Of a stretch of 64,000 bases of DNA, positions 41,022 through 51,050 are shown piece by piece. How positions within the stretch are numbered: position 1 is the first letter of the stretch; each line of letters starts with the position of its first letter. The notes under the pieces are model-generated. The model was not told the DNA's origin and made no database searches. It worked only from the letters and a program-made list of their open reading frames with translations. Source of the DNA: Clostridia bacterium (GTDB lineage: Bacteria; Bacillota; Clostridia; JAAYHZ01); contig JBMNIH010000004.1 of the NCBI GenBank assembly GCA_050950825.1, positions 384,001 through 448,000 on the forward strand. Reading direction: 5' to 3'. The translations under genes and the position numbers were made by a program.

Positions 41022-42566
41022 ATGTTTTGGAGCAAAATTAAAAAAGAGCAATCGCAAATTATAAAGCAAGATCATAATCCGGAAGACGATATAATAGATA
41101 AAGCCATTTCGACGGACACCTTGGTTTCTTTGTTGTCCGACAGCGAAGATATCATTTTTAACCATATTATCGTAAATCACGATATGAATGTTAAGCTTAC
41201 CGTTGTCTTTGTAGACGGTATGGTGGACAGCTTGCAATTAGATAATGATATCCTAAAGCCTTTGATACAAGAAAAAGCTTTAAGCTTCGTTCAAGACGAG
41301 AAAGAGCTGATTAATCGGATCCTATTGGGGTCCGTTTATCACAGCCACAGGATGCGCTGCGATACCCTTTCCGAATGCATAGACAGGTTGTTTACAGGGT
41401 CCGTTTTGCTCGTGTTTGACGATACCCACACGGCGATTGCTTTTGAATCGAAAGGCTACGAAAAACGAGCCATAACGGAACCCACCAATGAAAACGTATT
41501 AAAAGGTTCAAAAGAATCCTTTATCGAAGTTTTACACGTAAATACGGCTTTGGTACGCAAAAGACTGCCTACCCATGATTTAAAGGTGAGCCATATCTAC
41601 ATCGGTAAAAGAACAAAAACCGCAGTTTGTATGGTTTATCTGAAAAACATAGCCAATACCGATATCGTTAATGAAATTAAAAATAGATTGGAAAGCATAG
41701 CCGAAAACGATATTTTTTCAAGCGGTCAAATAGAAGCCGTACTGAAAAATAAAAAGTACTCCATTTTCCCCGAGCAAATCTATACAGAAAAAGTTGACAA
41801 GTTTAGCTCCGCCGTGCTGGAAGGAAGGGTAGGAATCCTAATAGACGGAGTGCCGAACGCAATCATTACTCCGGTAGATATCTCGTCACAGCTTCAGGCA
41901 TCGGAAGATTACGCATCACATTTTATAACAAGCTCCTTTTCCCGAATTCTTCGTTTTATTTCAACTTTTATCTCTCTTACCTTACCGGCTGCCTATATCT
42001 CCATAACATCCTATCACCAAGAGATGATACCTACCGAATTGGCCGTTTCGATTATCGAGAGCAAGAAAGGTGTTCCTTTTTCCACTTTTATCGAAGTTAT
42101 TATGATGCTTTTGGCATTCGAGGTACTTCTTGAAGCCGGTTTGCGGCTTCCGAAAGCCGTCGGACAAGCCGTATCTATTGTCGGAGCCCTTGTGGTAGGC
42201 GAGGCGGCAATAACCGCTAAGATTTTATCGCCCGGTGTCGTTATTATCATATCCACTGCCGGTATCACCGGTTTTGTCATACCGTCTCAAGACATGTCAA
42301 ACGCCATTCGTTTATTAAGGTTTGTTCTTGTCGTTTTCTCCGTTTTAGGCGGATTGTTCGGTATCAGCATCGGGTTGATCATTATCTTGTACCATTTGTG
42401 CTCCATTGAAGTTTTCGGTGTCCCATACATGTCACCTTTTGTTTCCATGGAGGGGAAGGGTATTTTTGAAGACACATTATTTCGACAACAGTGGAGCAAA
42501 GCGAAGAAAAGACCTCCGAATATAAGCACGAAAGATTCGATTGCGAAAGGAGAGACGGTTAAATGA
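41022..42566 (+). CDS. Spore germination receptor A subunit (GerA/GerKA family)
   Basis: RAITEPTNENVLKGSKESFIE, EAGLRLPKAVGQAVSIVGALVVGEAA, FGVPYMSP. Confidence 0.95.
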   Translation: MFWSKIKKEQSQIIKQDHNPEDDIIDKAISTDTLVSLLSDSEDIIFNHIIVNHDMNVKLTVVFVDGMVDSLQLDNDILKPLIQEKALSFVQDEKELINRILLGSVYHSHRMRCDTLSECIDRLFTGSVLLVFDDTHTAIAFESKGYEKRAITEPTNENVLKGSKESFIEVLHVNTALVRKRLPTHDLKVSHIYIGKRTKTAVCMVYLKNIANTDIVNEIKNRLESIAENDIFSSGQIEAVLKNKKYSIFPEQIYTEKVDKFSSAVLEGRVGILIDGVPNAIITPVDISSQLQASEDYASHFITSSFSRILRFISTFISLTLPAAYISITSYHQEMIPTELAVSIIESKKGVPFSTFIEVIMMLLAFEVLLEAGLRLPKAVGQAVSIVGALVVGEAAITAKILSPGVVIIISTAGITGFVIPSQDMSNAIRLLRFVLVVFSVLGGLFGISIGLIIILYHLCSIEVFGVPYMSPFVSMEGKGIFEDTLFRQQWSKAKKRPPNISTKDSIAKGETVK

Positions 42567-43792
42567 CAAAACTTCGAACGGTCATAAACGGAATGCGATT
42601 AATCGGAATTCTCTTAATCATAAGTACAATGCTTGGCTGCAGCTCGGACTTTTTTCCGATTAAAAGAGAAATCGATCAAACTGAAATGGTTCAGCTAATG
42701 ACTATCGATAAATGCAATGAAACCGGACTCGTGGAGGTAGCGGTTGTAAACAAGACGGGAATGGAAACCGGGGGAGGTGAAGGTGCAAGTCAAGAAAATG
42801 AAAGGATTAACGTATTATCGGGTATCGGAGAAACCGCATATGAAGCGGTGCGAAATTTAAAAGCACATTCGGATAAGGTTGTGTTTTTCTCTCATCTGGA
42901 ATACTTCATCATCGGTGAAAGTGCGGCTAAAGAAAATTTCGGAAAATATTTCGACATAATTAGTCGAGATCCCGAATTAAGGTTCACATCGAAGATATAT
43001 ATCGCCAAAGAATGTATGGCCAAAGACCTCGTTCATGTCACATTGGCACAGGATAAATACATCGTCGATCGCTTAAAAAATATGGAGGATGACGAAAGAG
43101 TTTTAGGCAGAAACTCCGAGGTGAGCATTATTGAAGTGATACAGATGCTCAACACTCCTAACATCGCTACGGTTATACCGGCTCTTCGTCGAAGCGAAAT
43201 ACAAGAAGAAATATCAACGGAGTATCTGCCTTTTTATGACTTGGCAACAGCCGGGTATGCCATTCTTAAGGATTTTCAGCTTCACGACTACATTGAGGAA
43301 TCGTCAGCTCGGGGATATAACTTTGTAGTAAATAAAGTGAAATCAACACCTATCAGCGTTAAGGACCATACCGGAGAATATGTGGCTTTGGATTTGGTGG
43401 GAGCCGAAACAAAGGTAAAGGGACATTTCAAGGGAAAGAAATTGACAGGCGTTACTTTTGAGACGTATGTACAAAGCAATATCGGGGAACAACATTCAAG
43501 GGTTAACTTAATTACAAAAGAAAGATTAGCGGAGATTAAAGAAAAACAAGAGAAGATTATAACCGAGGAAATGGAAAAAGTCATTAAGTTTAGCCAAGAG
43601 ATCGGCACGGATTGTATTGAACTGGGCAAGAGATTGAGGATGCGTTATCCATTTAAATGGGATCATATCGAAAATGAATGGGAAAAAATATTTCCGGAGA
43701 TTGACATCAAGGTTAAAGTCATAGCCAAAATCAATCGAACTTATGAAATCAATAAACCGAGCGGATATGAATTGGAGCAATACGAAAAATGA
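42563..43792 (+). CDS. Spore germination receptor C subunit, lipoprotein (Ger(x)C)
   Basis: Lipobox MLGC; FFSHLEYFIIGE, RDPELR, C-terminal WEKIFP. Confidence 0.9.
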   Translation: MTKLRTVINGMRLIGILLIISTMLGCSSDFFPIKREIDQTEMVQLMTIDKCNETGLVEVAVVNKTGMETGGGEGASQENERINVLSGIGETAYEAVRNLKAHSDKVVFFSHLEYFIIGESAAKENFGKYFDIISRDPELRFTSKIYIAKECMAKDLVHVTLAQDKYIVDRLKNMEDDERVLGRNSEVSIIEVIQMLNTPNIATVIPALRRSEIQEEISTEYLPFYDLATAGYAILKDFQLHDYIEESSARGYNFVVNKVKSTPISVKDHTGEYVALDLVGAETKVKGHFKGKKLTGVTFETYVQSNIGEQHSRVNLITKERLAEIKEKQEKIITEEMEKVIKFSQEIGTDCIELGKRLRMRYPFKWDHIENEWEKIFPEIDIKVKVIAKINRTYEINKPSGYELEQYEK

Positions 43793-43995
43793 GTTTTTTA
43801 ATTATGTTTTTAGTAGTAGGCATTGTCGGTTTTTTCGATGTAAAGAATATGGTGAACTCCGGATTGAAGAAGGAATTGATTGTTTACAGCATATTCCTCG
43901 GTGCGACCGTGATTTTTGCTACTCTTTATCTTAAGAATCCTTTACGTCGTACGATCTTAGATATGATATTGGACCTTTTTCAAGTGAGTTGGTGA
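43789..43995 (+). CDS. Small two-helix membrane protein in ger operon (receptor D-subunit-like)
   Basis: 68 aa with two hydrophobic stretches, KKELIVY...NP; translationally coupled to neighbours. Confidence 0.7.
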   Translation: MSFLIMFLVVGIVGFFDVKNMVNSGLKKELIVYSIFLGATVIFATLYLKNPLRRTILDMILDLFQVSW

Positions 43996-43998
43996 AAT

Positions 43999-45087
43999 AT
44001 GCTGCAAAGTAAAAATCAAATCACCGTTCGACAATTGATGATCATGTTTTGTGTATCCATATTTTCGCCGGCTATAAGACTCATGCCCGGTATCGGATCG
44101 GAGCTAGGCCGCGAAGCGGCGTGGGTTTCTCCGATCCTGTCATCTGCCGTTTTATTCACGCTATTTCTTGTTTTGGAACGGCTCTTTAAAAACAAAAAGT
44201 CAAAAGATATCATAGAAGTGTATGATATGGTTTTAGGAAAGTTTTTTTCTTATCCTCTCCGTATCTTCTACCTCTTTTGGACGTTTATCTTGTACTTTCT
44301 GTATATACGATACTATGCGGAACGACTTTTAACTTCAATTTTTCGAACGACGGATATAAGATTCTTTATCTTGGTCATGATGATTGTTGTCTTTATGGCC
44401 TTGAGAGGGAAATTCGAGACTTTCGCAAGGTTTTGTGAAATATCCTTTTTGCTATTCAATCTGATTACCATTATATTCTTTATTTTATTAATCCCGTCGG
44501 TACGCATTGAAAACATATACCCGCTTACACATAACGATATTGTACCTGCTTTAAAATCCACATACCCGGTGCTGGGGTTGTGGGGTTATGTTACATTTTT
44601 TATGCTCTTAGGAGACAATGTAAAAGATAAAGAGCAAATAAAAAATCACCGAAGATTTTTTACCTTGTTTCTTGCTATCATAACCTCATTGATGCTGATA
44701 TTTATTATCGGAACGCTTGGACACATGACGGCCAGACGTATGCCGCTTCCTTTCTTTAGTGCCACGAAGATGATCGTATTCGCGGAATCTTTGGACCGTT
44801 TGGAATCCATTCTCCTTTCCATATGGGTCGTATCGGACTTTATAATCATAACTTCTTTTGCTTTTATGATAATGAACTCGATGAAAGATATATTCAAAAT
44901 TTCTGCCGACAAATACCTTTCTTTCCCCGTAGTTCTAGCCGGTTATTTCGGCAGTCTCTTTTTTACCGGAAGCCGATTCGAACTGGAAGTGTTTTCGGAA
45001 AAGATCGGATTGCTTGTCAATATTATATTAGGCTTTGCCGTTCCCTTTATTGTCTTCGGTATTGGAAAATTACGAAAAAAAGTTTGA
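43999..45087 (+). CDS. Spore germination receptor B subunit (GerAB-family permease)
   Basis: QITVRQL, ~10 TM helices, LDRLESILLSIW. Confidence 0.92.
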   Translation: MLQSKNQITVRQLMIMFCVSIFSPAIRLMPGIGSELGREAAWVSPILSSAVLFTLFLVLERLFKNKKSKDIIEVYDMVLGKFFSYPLRIFYLFWTFILYFLYIRYYAERLLTSIFRTTDIRFFILVMMIVVFMALRGKFETFARFCEISFLLFNLITIIFFILLIPSVRIENIYPLTHNDIVPALKSTYPVLGLWGYVTFFMLLGDNVKDKEQIKNHRRFFTLFLAIITSLMLIFIIGTLGHMTARRMPLPFFSATKMIVFAESLDRLESILLSIWVVSDFIIITSFAFMIMNSMKDIFKISADKYLSFPVVLAGYFGSLFFTGSRFELEVFSEKIGLLVNIILGFAVPFIVFGIGKLRKKV

Positions 45088-45093
45088 GATAAT

Positions 45094-45108
45094 GGGGACG
45101 GTTCTCAA
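45094..45108 (+). repeat. GGGGACGGTTCTCAA repeat copy 3
   Basis: Exact 15-mer 6 nt after the ger B-subunit stop codon. Confidence 0.9.
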
Positions 45109-45244
45109 TTTTATTTGTATTAACCGAATGAATTCTATATAATAAAATGTAACATTACATGAATTTGGAATAACTAGTCCGAAAATTGAAGGGCATGTCA
45201 TGTGCGGAGGAGTTAATCCAATGTCTTTTTCAAAGGAGGAGTCT

Positions 45245-46336
45245 ATGAATATTAATGTTACGATTGTCAGAGAAGGTTTTGATGGGGTTACATGTTACGC
45301 ACAGTCGAGAATCGGAGCGGCCGACCAAGAGGGAAAGCACTTAGTGCTCACAACACAAAAACTCATCTTAGCCGGCAGCGATACATACAAGCCGATTGAA
45401 AGCGCATATTCATTAGACGGCGGAAAAACATGGAGTTCTCTTGTCCGGCAAGAAAAGCTGGAGCCGGAAAACCGAATTTTGTGTGATTTCGTACCTGCTT
45501 ACCATCGAAGGACCGGAAAACTGTTAGGCACCGGAGGTTCGGTAACATACAAATCTATAGACCCTCCGGTATTGGATTTGACTCAGCTTCAAAAACCCTT
45601 TTATTCGGTTTACGACGAGCAAAAAAACGAGTGGGGGAAAGTGAAGACGGCATTGGACTATAACAGGGAAGAGTGCAAGGGATTTACGTTTGCCTGTATC
45701 CGTAGGTTCGAATTGGATAACGGAGACATACTGCAGCCGACTTACGGAAAATACGATACGGGAAGCCAAAAATCCTCCGTCAAGGTTTTTAAGTTCGGTT
45801 TTGACGGTGAGGAACTTGTCATGAAAGACGAGGGGAATTTGTTGTCCTGCGAGGAGGAGAAGAGAGGTTTAGGTGAACCGTCTATTGTATATTATAGCGG
45901 TATGTATTACTTGACCATTCGTGCCGACAGCCAAGGATACGTATCTCGCAGCGAAGACGGTCTTCATTTTGACGAACCTGTCGTATGGAAATGGGATACC
46001 GGATATACGGTACCGACCTACAACACCCAACAAAACTGGGTTGTACGGCATGATGGTTTGTATCTGGTCTATACGAGAAAAGACGGAAAAAACGACCATG
46101 TTTTCCGTAATCGCGCTCCCTTGTACATGTGCAAGGTCGATGCCGATCGTTTATGCCTTTTGAGAGCAACCGAAAGAGCGATTACTCCCGAACGAGGTGC
46201 AAGAATGGGTAATTTCGGTGTTACACACATTTCGGATCATGCGTCCATTGTCGTAACGACCGAATGGATGCAACCGCTCGGATGTGAAAAGTACGGCAGC
46301 AATAATGCCATCTATGCGGTCTATATTACCGACTAG
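45245..46336 (+). CDS. Sialidase-like (BNR/Asp-box) beta-propeller protein
   Basis: Asp boxes SLDGGKTW and SEDGLHF; RGLGEPS, NDHVFRNRAPL, GNFGV; AAGGAGG RBS (alternative start 45221). Confidence 0.75.
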   Translation: MNINVTIVREGFDGVTCYAQSRIGAADQEGKHLVLTTQKLILAGSDTYKPIESAYSLDGGKTWSSLVRQEKLEPENRILCDFVPAYHRRTGKLLGTGGSVTYKSIDPPVLDLTQLQKPFYSVYDEQKNEWGKVKTALDYNREECKGFTFACIRRFELDNGDILQPTYGKYDTGSQKSSVKVFKFGFDGEELVMKDEGNLLSCEEEKRGLGEPSIVYYSGMYYLTIRADSQGYVSRSEDGLHFDEPVVWKWDTGYTVPTYNTQQNWVVRHDGLYLVYTRKDGKNDHVFRNRAPLYMCKVDADRLCLLRATERAITPERGARMGNFGVTHISDHASIVVTTEWMQPLGCEKYGSNNAIYAVYITD

Positions 46337-46371
46337 GGGTATGCTTTGAGAAATAGGAGGGGGGTTGGAAA

Positions 46372-46890
46372 ATGAGTTTTTTGGATCTGGCATGGAAAAG
46401 AAGAAGTGTGCGAAGCTTTAAAGAAGATGATATCCCTATGGAGATTATCAATGAACTTCTTGAGGCTGCGCGCAGTGCACCAAGTGCAGGCAACTATCAG
46501 CCGTGGCACTTCTATATAATAAAAGACAAGGCGCTAAAAGAAGGTCTATGCACGGCAGCATATCAACAAAACTTTATGCTGTCTGCCCCGGTTCATATCG
46601 TCGTTTGTGCCGATTTAGTCAAAAGCGCAGTAAGATACGGAGTAAGAGGTACCAATCTATATGCGATTCAAGATACGGCGGCAGCCATACAAAATCTGCT
46701 TCTATATGCAACGGAGAAAGGACTTGGTACATGCTGGTGTGGTGCTTTTGACGAGCAAAAAGTATCCAAGCTTTTGAATTTAAAATCGGAAAGACCGGTG
46801 GCCATTATTCCAATCGGTTATCCCAGAAATCTGTCCGCAAAAATGCCGCGAAGATCAATTGAAGAAATAAGCACCTTCATCGGTTTTTAA
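46372..46890 (+). CDS. Nitroreductase family protein
   Basis: RRSVRSF, APSAGNYQPWHF, GLGTCWCGAF, IPIGYP. Confidence 0.93.
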   Translation: MSFLDLAWKRRSVRSFKEDDIPMEIINELLEAARSAPSAGNYQPWHFYIIKDKALKEGLCTAAYQQNFMLSAPVHIVVCADLVKSAVRYGVRGTNLYAIQDTAAAIQNLLLYATEKGLGTCWCGAFDEQKVSKLLNLKSERPVAIIPIGYPRNLSAKMPRRSIEEISTFIGF

Positions 46891-46928
46891 GGCGACGAGA
46901 AATAACAAAAACATAGAGCATATTAAAA

Positions 46929-46956
46929 AAGGCTGCTTTTTGAATCAAGCAGCCTT
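46929..46956. terminator. Bidirectional intrinsic terminator
   Basis: AAGGCTGCTT-8-AAGCAGCCTT between convergent genes. Confidence 0.75.
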
Positions 46957-46978
46957 CCTTTATATATTGATATATTTC

Positions 46979-48052
46979 TTAACGTTTTACTCGAGCGTTT
47001 CCTGCATAGATGCTCCAAACCTGTTCTTCGTCGGCAGGTTGTGCATAGTCGGTTAAGAAGGTGGTAGCCATTGCACCGGTTGCCCATGCAAACTTAATCC
47101 ATTTTTCCGGTTCCCAATCCTTTAAGATGGAATACAGCAATCCGCCGACAAATCCGTCGCCGCCGCCGATGCGGTCAAGAACGTAAATTTCTCTGGGCAT
47201 TTCAACATACCATGTGTCATCAACCAATAAAATGGCACCCCACAGATGGTTGTTTACGCTGATAACTTCTCTTAACGTTGTTGCGAAGACGGATGCATTG
47301 GGGAATGCCTTTTTGACGCGGGTAATCATTTCCTTGAAGTTTTCGATCTTAGCCGCTATATCTTTTCCGCCTGCTTCCGGTCCTTCGATACCAAGGCAGA
47401 GCTGGTAATCTTCTTCATTCCCGATTAATATATCAGAAATGCTTGCAATTTCCGTAAATACTGCACGAAGCTCTTCTTTACGGCCTTCCCAGAACGAAGC
47501 TCTGTAGTTTAGGTCAAAGGAAATACGTGTACCGTACTTTTTCGCAGCGCGAGCTAATTCCAAGCAGAATTGGCTTGTTTCGGGAGACAATGCAGCAATC
47601 AATCCGGACATATGCACGATTTGTGCGCCTTCTTGGCCGAAAATTCTATCAAGATCGAAATCTTTAACGTTCAACGTGCGTCCTACTTCACCGGCACGGT
47701 CGTTATGAACTCTCGGACCTCTTGTGCCGTAGCCGCTGTCTGCAATATTGAATTGATGACGATAACCCCAAGGACCGCCTTGCGGTACTTCCTTGCCTTC
47801 GAAATCCATATTACGGCTTCTGAGATTGCTCTTTATGAACTGAGCGATCGGGCTTCCTTTTACGAATGTGGTGAGAACTTTTACGGGAAGTCCGAGGTAA
47901 GAAGAAATACTTGCTACATTGGTTTCTGCACTGGTTGCCTGCATAATATACGTATCGCTGCAGTGAACAGGTTGTCCATTGATCGGGGTGATACGTACAC
48001 CCATACTTGTGGGAACGATTAATGAATAGGTAAAGTCTTTTCTTAATTCCAT
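46979..48052 (-). CDS. PfkB-family sugar kinase (2-keto-3-deoxygluconate kinase-like)
   Basis: SAETNVA, SFDLNYRASFW, GNEED, DRIGGGDGF. Confidence 0.88.
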   Translation of the reverse strand: MELRKDFTYSLIVPTSMGVRITPINGQPVHCSDTYIMQATSAETNVASISSYLGLPVKVLTTFVKGSPIAQFIKSNLRSRNMDFEGKEVPQGGPWGYRHQFNIADSGYGTRGPRVHNDRAGEVGRTLNVKDFDLDRIFGQEGAQIVHMSGLIAALSPETSQFCLELARAAKKYGTRISFDLNYRASFWEGRKEELRAVFTEIASISDILIGNEEDYQLCLGIEGPEAGGKDIAAKIENFKEMITRVKKAFPNASVFATTLREVISVNNHLWGAILLVDDTWYVEMPREIYVLDRIGGGDGFVGGLLYSILKDWEPEKWIKFAWATGAMATTFLTDYAQPADEEQVWSIYAGNARVKR

Positions 48053-48120
48053 AGTTTCAAACCTCTTTTTTTATAATTTTTCTGCTCAGGTCGGCATTAA
48101 ATGCCAACTTCCCTACCTTA

Positions 48121-48230
48121 ATAGTATGATACAAAACCTCTTATGTCAATCATAAAAAGAGTATCTACAAGATTGAGAGCGCTTTAAAGAGCTATTTGTC
48201 TATTTTAAACTTTTATTTATGTATCATACA
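48121..48230 (-). promoter_or_regulatory. Sugar kinase promoter with two GTAT(C/G)ATAC palindromes (GntR/FadR-type operator candidates)
   Basis: TTGACA(48149)-17-TACTAT(48126); TAGTATGATACAA (48122-48134) and TGTATCATACA (48220-48230). Confidence 0.55.
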
Positions 48231-48266
48231 CTCTTGTTCGGTCATATACGAAAAGTCGCCTTATTC

Positions 48267-49643
48267 CTATGCCGTAATAACGGTAGAATTTTCTGCGTCT
48301 TTTTTGTATACTTTTTTTCGCAAGAATAAGAAGGTTATGATATGACCGATGGAGGTTAATCCCCAAGTGACAGGATAGCATAAAAAGAGTACGACTACTG
48401 TCGGATACCAAGCGAATACCGTTGCCAGCCAAACAATTCGCATCAAACAAACGCCTACAAGAGTGACGACCATAGGCAAGAAGGAATAGCCCATGCCTCG
48501 AATTAAGCCCGGATACACGTTCATCAAGCCACCGGTAAAATAAGTAATCATCATGACTTGAAGTCTTTTCATTCCCAAATCGATTACATCCGCTTCGTTG
48601 ACATATATGCTTAAAAGACTTCTTCCGAATAGAAGTGTAGCGCCTCCTACCACAATCCATGTGGCGAAAACAAGCAATGTGCAAATCTTAGCGATACTGT
48701 CGATTCTTTTATATTTTTTTGCACCCATATTTTGACCTGCGAATGTTATGGCTGCGTTATAGTAAGCATTTGAGGTTGTACCGATAAAACCTTCGATATT
48801 GCTGGATGCGGTGCTTGCGGCAACCATGGTAGAGCCGAAGGAATTGACAGCGGATTGAATTAAGATATTGGACACGGAAAACAAGATATTCTGTATCCCT
48901 GCAGGTACACCTATTCTTATAATATCGATAAGTTTATTACGGTCAATACGTAGTTGAGTCGGTATAAATTGAATATGACTATGGTTTTTCATTAAACTGA
49001 GAAGAATCAGAGCCACCGATATATATTGGGAAATGACGGTAGCCCAAGCCACACCGTCCACTGTCATATGGAGTACAAGAACAAAGAAAAGATTCAGTAT
49101 AACATTGATGACTCCGCTGATGGATAGGTAATACATGGGTCTTTTACTGTCCCCTGATGCACGGAGTATGGCTGCACCGAAGTTATATACCATATTGGCC
49201 GGCATACCTAAAAAGTATATTTTCATATATAAAGTAGAAAGGTGTATGATATCGTCCGGTGTTCCCATATACTCTAACAGAGGCTCACAAAAAAGGAGAC
49301 CTATTACCATGACGAAAAAGCCTCCAATGATACTGATTGCTATGGAAGTATGGACCGAATCATGAATGCCTTTGTAGTCTTGGGCTCCGAAATTTTGTGC
49401 AACGACCACACTGGTTCCGACCGATAATCCCATAAAAATGTTGACCAAAAGGTTGATCAATGCCCCGGTTGCACCAACTGCCGCTAAAGGTTGTTTACCT
49501 GCAAACTGACCTACGACGATCATATCGGCGGCATTAAATAAAAGCTGAAGCAAGTTAAGGGCCATAATGGGCAAGGCAAATAGCAGAATCTTTCCGAAAA
49601 GAGGTCCGCTACCCATATCCGTATCACGGTTGCGTGAAAACAT
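48267..49643 (-). CDS. MATE family efflux transporter
   Basis: LQLLFNAADMIVVG, ILRASGDSKRP, NVILN, GVAWATVISQ, GQNMGA; 12-TM pattern. Confidence 0.93.
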   Translation of the reverse strand: MFSRNRDTDMGSGPLFGKILLFALPIMALNLLQLLFNAADMIVVGQFAGKQPLAAVGATGALINLLVNIFMGLSVGTSVVVAQNFGAQDYKGIHDSVHTSIAISIIGGFFVMVIGLLFCEPLLEYMGTPDDIIHLSTLYMKIYFLGMPANMVYNFGAAILRASGDSKRPMYYLSISGVINVILNLFFVLVLHMTVDGVAWATVISQYISVALILLSLMKNHSHIQFIPTQLRIDRNKLIDIIRIGVPAGIQNILFSVSNILIQSAVNSFGSTMVAASTASSNIEGFIGTTSNAYYNAAITFAGQNMGAKKYKRIDSIAKICTLLVFATWIVVGGATLLFGRSLLSIYVNEADVIDLGMKRLQVMMITYFTGGLMNVYPGLIRGMGYSFLPMVVTLVGVCLMRIVWLATVFAWYPTVVVLFLCYPVTWGLTSIGHIITFLFLRKKVYKKDAENSTVITA

Positions 49644-49850
49644 AAGAAAATCCCTTCTTTTTTATGTAATCGTTATACGCCTATGAATGCATTTCTTGAT
49701 ATACACTCTCACAACCGCATATCTATAAAAAGACTACCAAGAAGCGTTGTTTCACAGAGCAAAATGTATTGTTTATATTATACCGGATTGCAAGATCGGA
49801 TTACAGGGGGATCGATTAAGGTCTTGAAGATGGTTAAGAAATAATCGATC

Positions 49851-50894
49851 CTATATCCGCCATTCAAACACATTAATGAGCTTTTGCCCTTCTCCGTAAA
49901 GATCATGCCATTCCGGTAAGGGTGCCAATCGGATGAATTTGGCACCAAGGTTTTCACAAGTTTTTTTCGACGCAATATTCGTATGGTTGTTAGTGATAAT
50001 CACCCTATCCATACCGTGAGCACGTATGACCGGAACGATAAGTCGGCATGCTTTCTCCGCATAGCGGTTTCCTCTGTATTTTTTATCTACGGCATACCCA
50101 ATATGACCTGAATAGTAAAGGTTTTCGTTGTAACCTACTCGAAAATTGACTCCGCCGATCCTCTTACCTTGTATACGAATATCAAATTCATATCCGGGAA
50201 CTCTCTTTTTTTCCGGAATTCCTTCCTTTTTTTCTACACAGACCACTTCAATATTACCGTCGGTCATAGCAGGAACATCAACAAAACCGTTGAAGGTGAC
50301 AGGGAGGGAATTGTAGTATCGAATTTCATGCGCGATTTTCCATTCCACATACTCTTTTGCCGTTTTATTAATAAATTTTTCGATAAATTTGGGCGAAAAT
50401 TCTTTGGATCGTTTGGTTTTCGTTTCTTTATGCCATCGGTGGTTTCTTTCAATAAAGTTTTTACACTCTTGGGCTGTGGCTCCCGGAATATTCCCGTATT
50501 TTGAAACGTCGCATGCAGATATGGCTTCCCATATTGAACTTGCCCAATCGGTATGATGGTATGCATAGCTGCTGGCCTTTCCGATTTCTTCCCGATATTT
50601 TTGGACCCATTCGCCTTTGGTTTTACTGATAAAAGCGTCTCTTGCTTTTAGGTCCCATTTCCAATCCAAATAAAGATGCATTAGGATTCCTTCCGCGAAA
50701 GAGTCGGTAGGGTCGATTTTACGGGCAAGGTCGTCTAAAGCGTCGCGTCGATTCTCGAGATTTCGAAAGTGTGTCAAATCTTTTTTCTTCCAATCCGAAA
50801 CGGCGTCCGGGGCAATGTTACCTAAATAATACAGAACATCTCCGTTCGGATTTATTTTATGTGCCATCATCAGATGCATCATTAAGCCGGACAT
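49851..50894 (-). CDS. Fusion: zinc-dependent phospholipase-C-like helical domain plus GNAT acetyltransferase
   Basis: N-half MMH...LGNIAPD...THF...GILMHLYLD; C-half GHIGYAVDKKYRGNRYA, NIASKKTCENLG; AAGGAG RBS before ATG 50894. Confidence 0.7.
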   Translation of the reverse strand: MSGLMMHLMMAHKINPNGDVLYYLGNIAPDAVSDWKKKDLTHFRNLENRRDALDDLARKIDPTDSFAEGILMHLYLDWKWDLKARDAFISKTKGEWVQKYREEIGKASSYAYHHTDWASSIWEAISACDVSKYGNIPGATAQECKNFIERNHRWHKETKTKRSKEFSPKFIEKFINKTAKEYVEWKIAHEIRYYNSLPVTFNGFVDVPAMTDGNIEVVCVEKKEGIPEKKRVPGYEFDIRIQGKRIGGVNFRVGYNENLYYSGHIGYAVDKKYRGNRYAEKACRLIVPVIRAHGMDRVIITNNHTNIASKKTCENLGAKFIRLAPLPEWHDLYGEGQKLINVFEWRI

Positions 50895-50954
50895 AAATTT
50901 AAAGCTTCTCCTTACCTTTCCGATTACGCTGTAATCCTTTGTATTATACCATAG

Positions 50955-50969
50955 GGGGACGGTTCTCAA
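50955..50969 (+). repeat. GGGGACGGTTCTCAA repeat copy 4 (left end of cupin-RAYT unit)
   Basis: Exact 15-mer. Confidence 0.9.
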
Positions 50970-50988
50970 GCTTTCATTTTTTAATATT

Positions 50989-51022
50989 GAAGGCAGCTTT
51001 TTAAACCTTAAAAGCTGCCTTC
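50989..51022 (-). terminator. Intrinsic terminator of cupin gene
   Basis: GAAGGCAGCTTTT-8-AAAAGCTGCCTTC perfect 13-bp stem. Confidence 0.7.
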
Positions 51023-51050
51023 GAGATCTTCTTGGTTTTTAATTTTTGAT

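Noticed and set aside
50895-50969. N-terminal extension of the GNAT fusion in the ORF track
   Set aside because: Its TTG start lies within repeat copy 4; the RBS supports ATG 50894.
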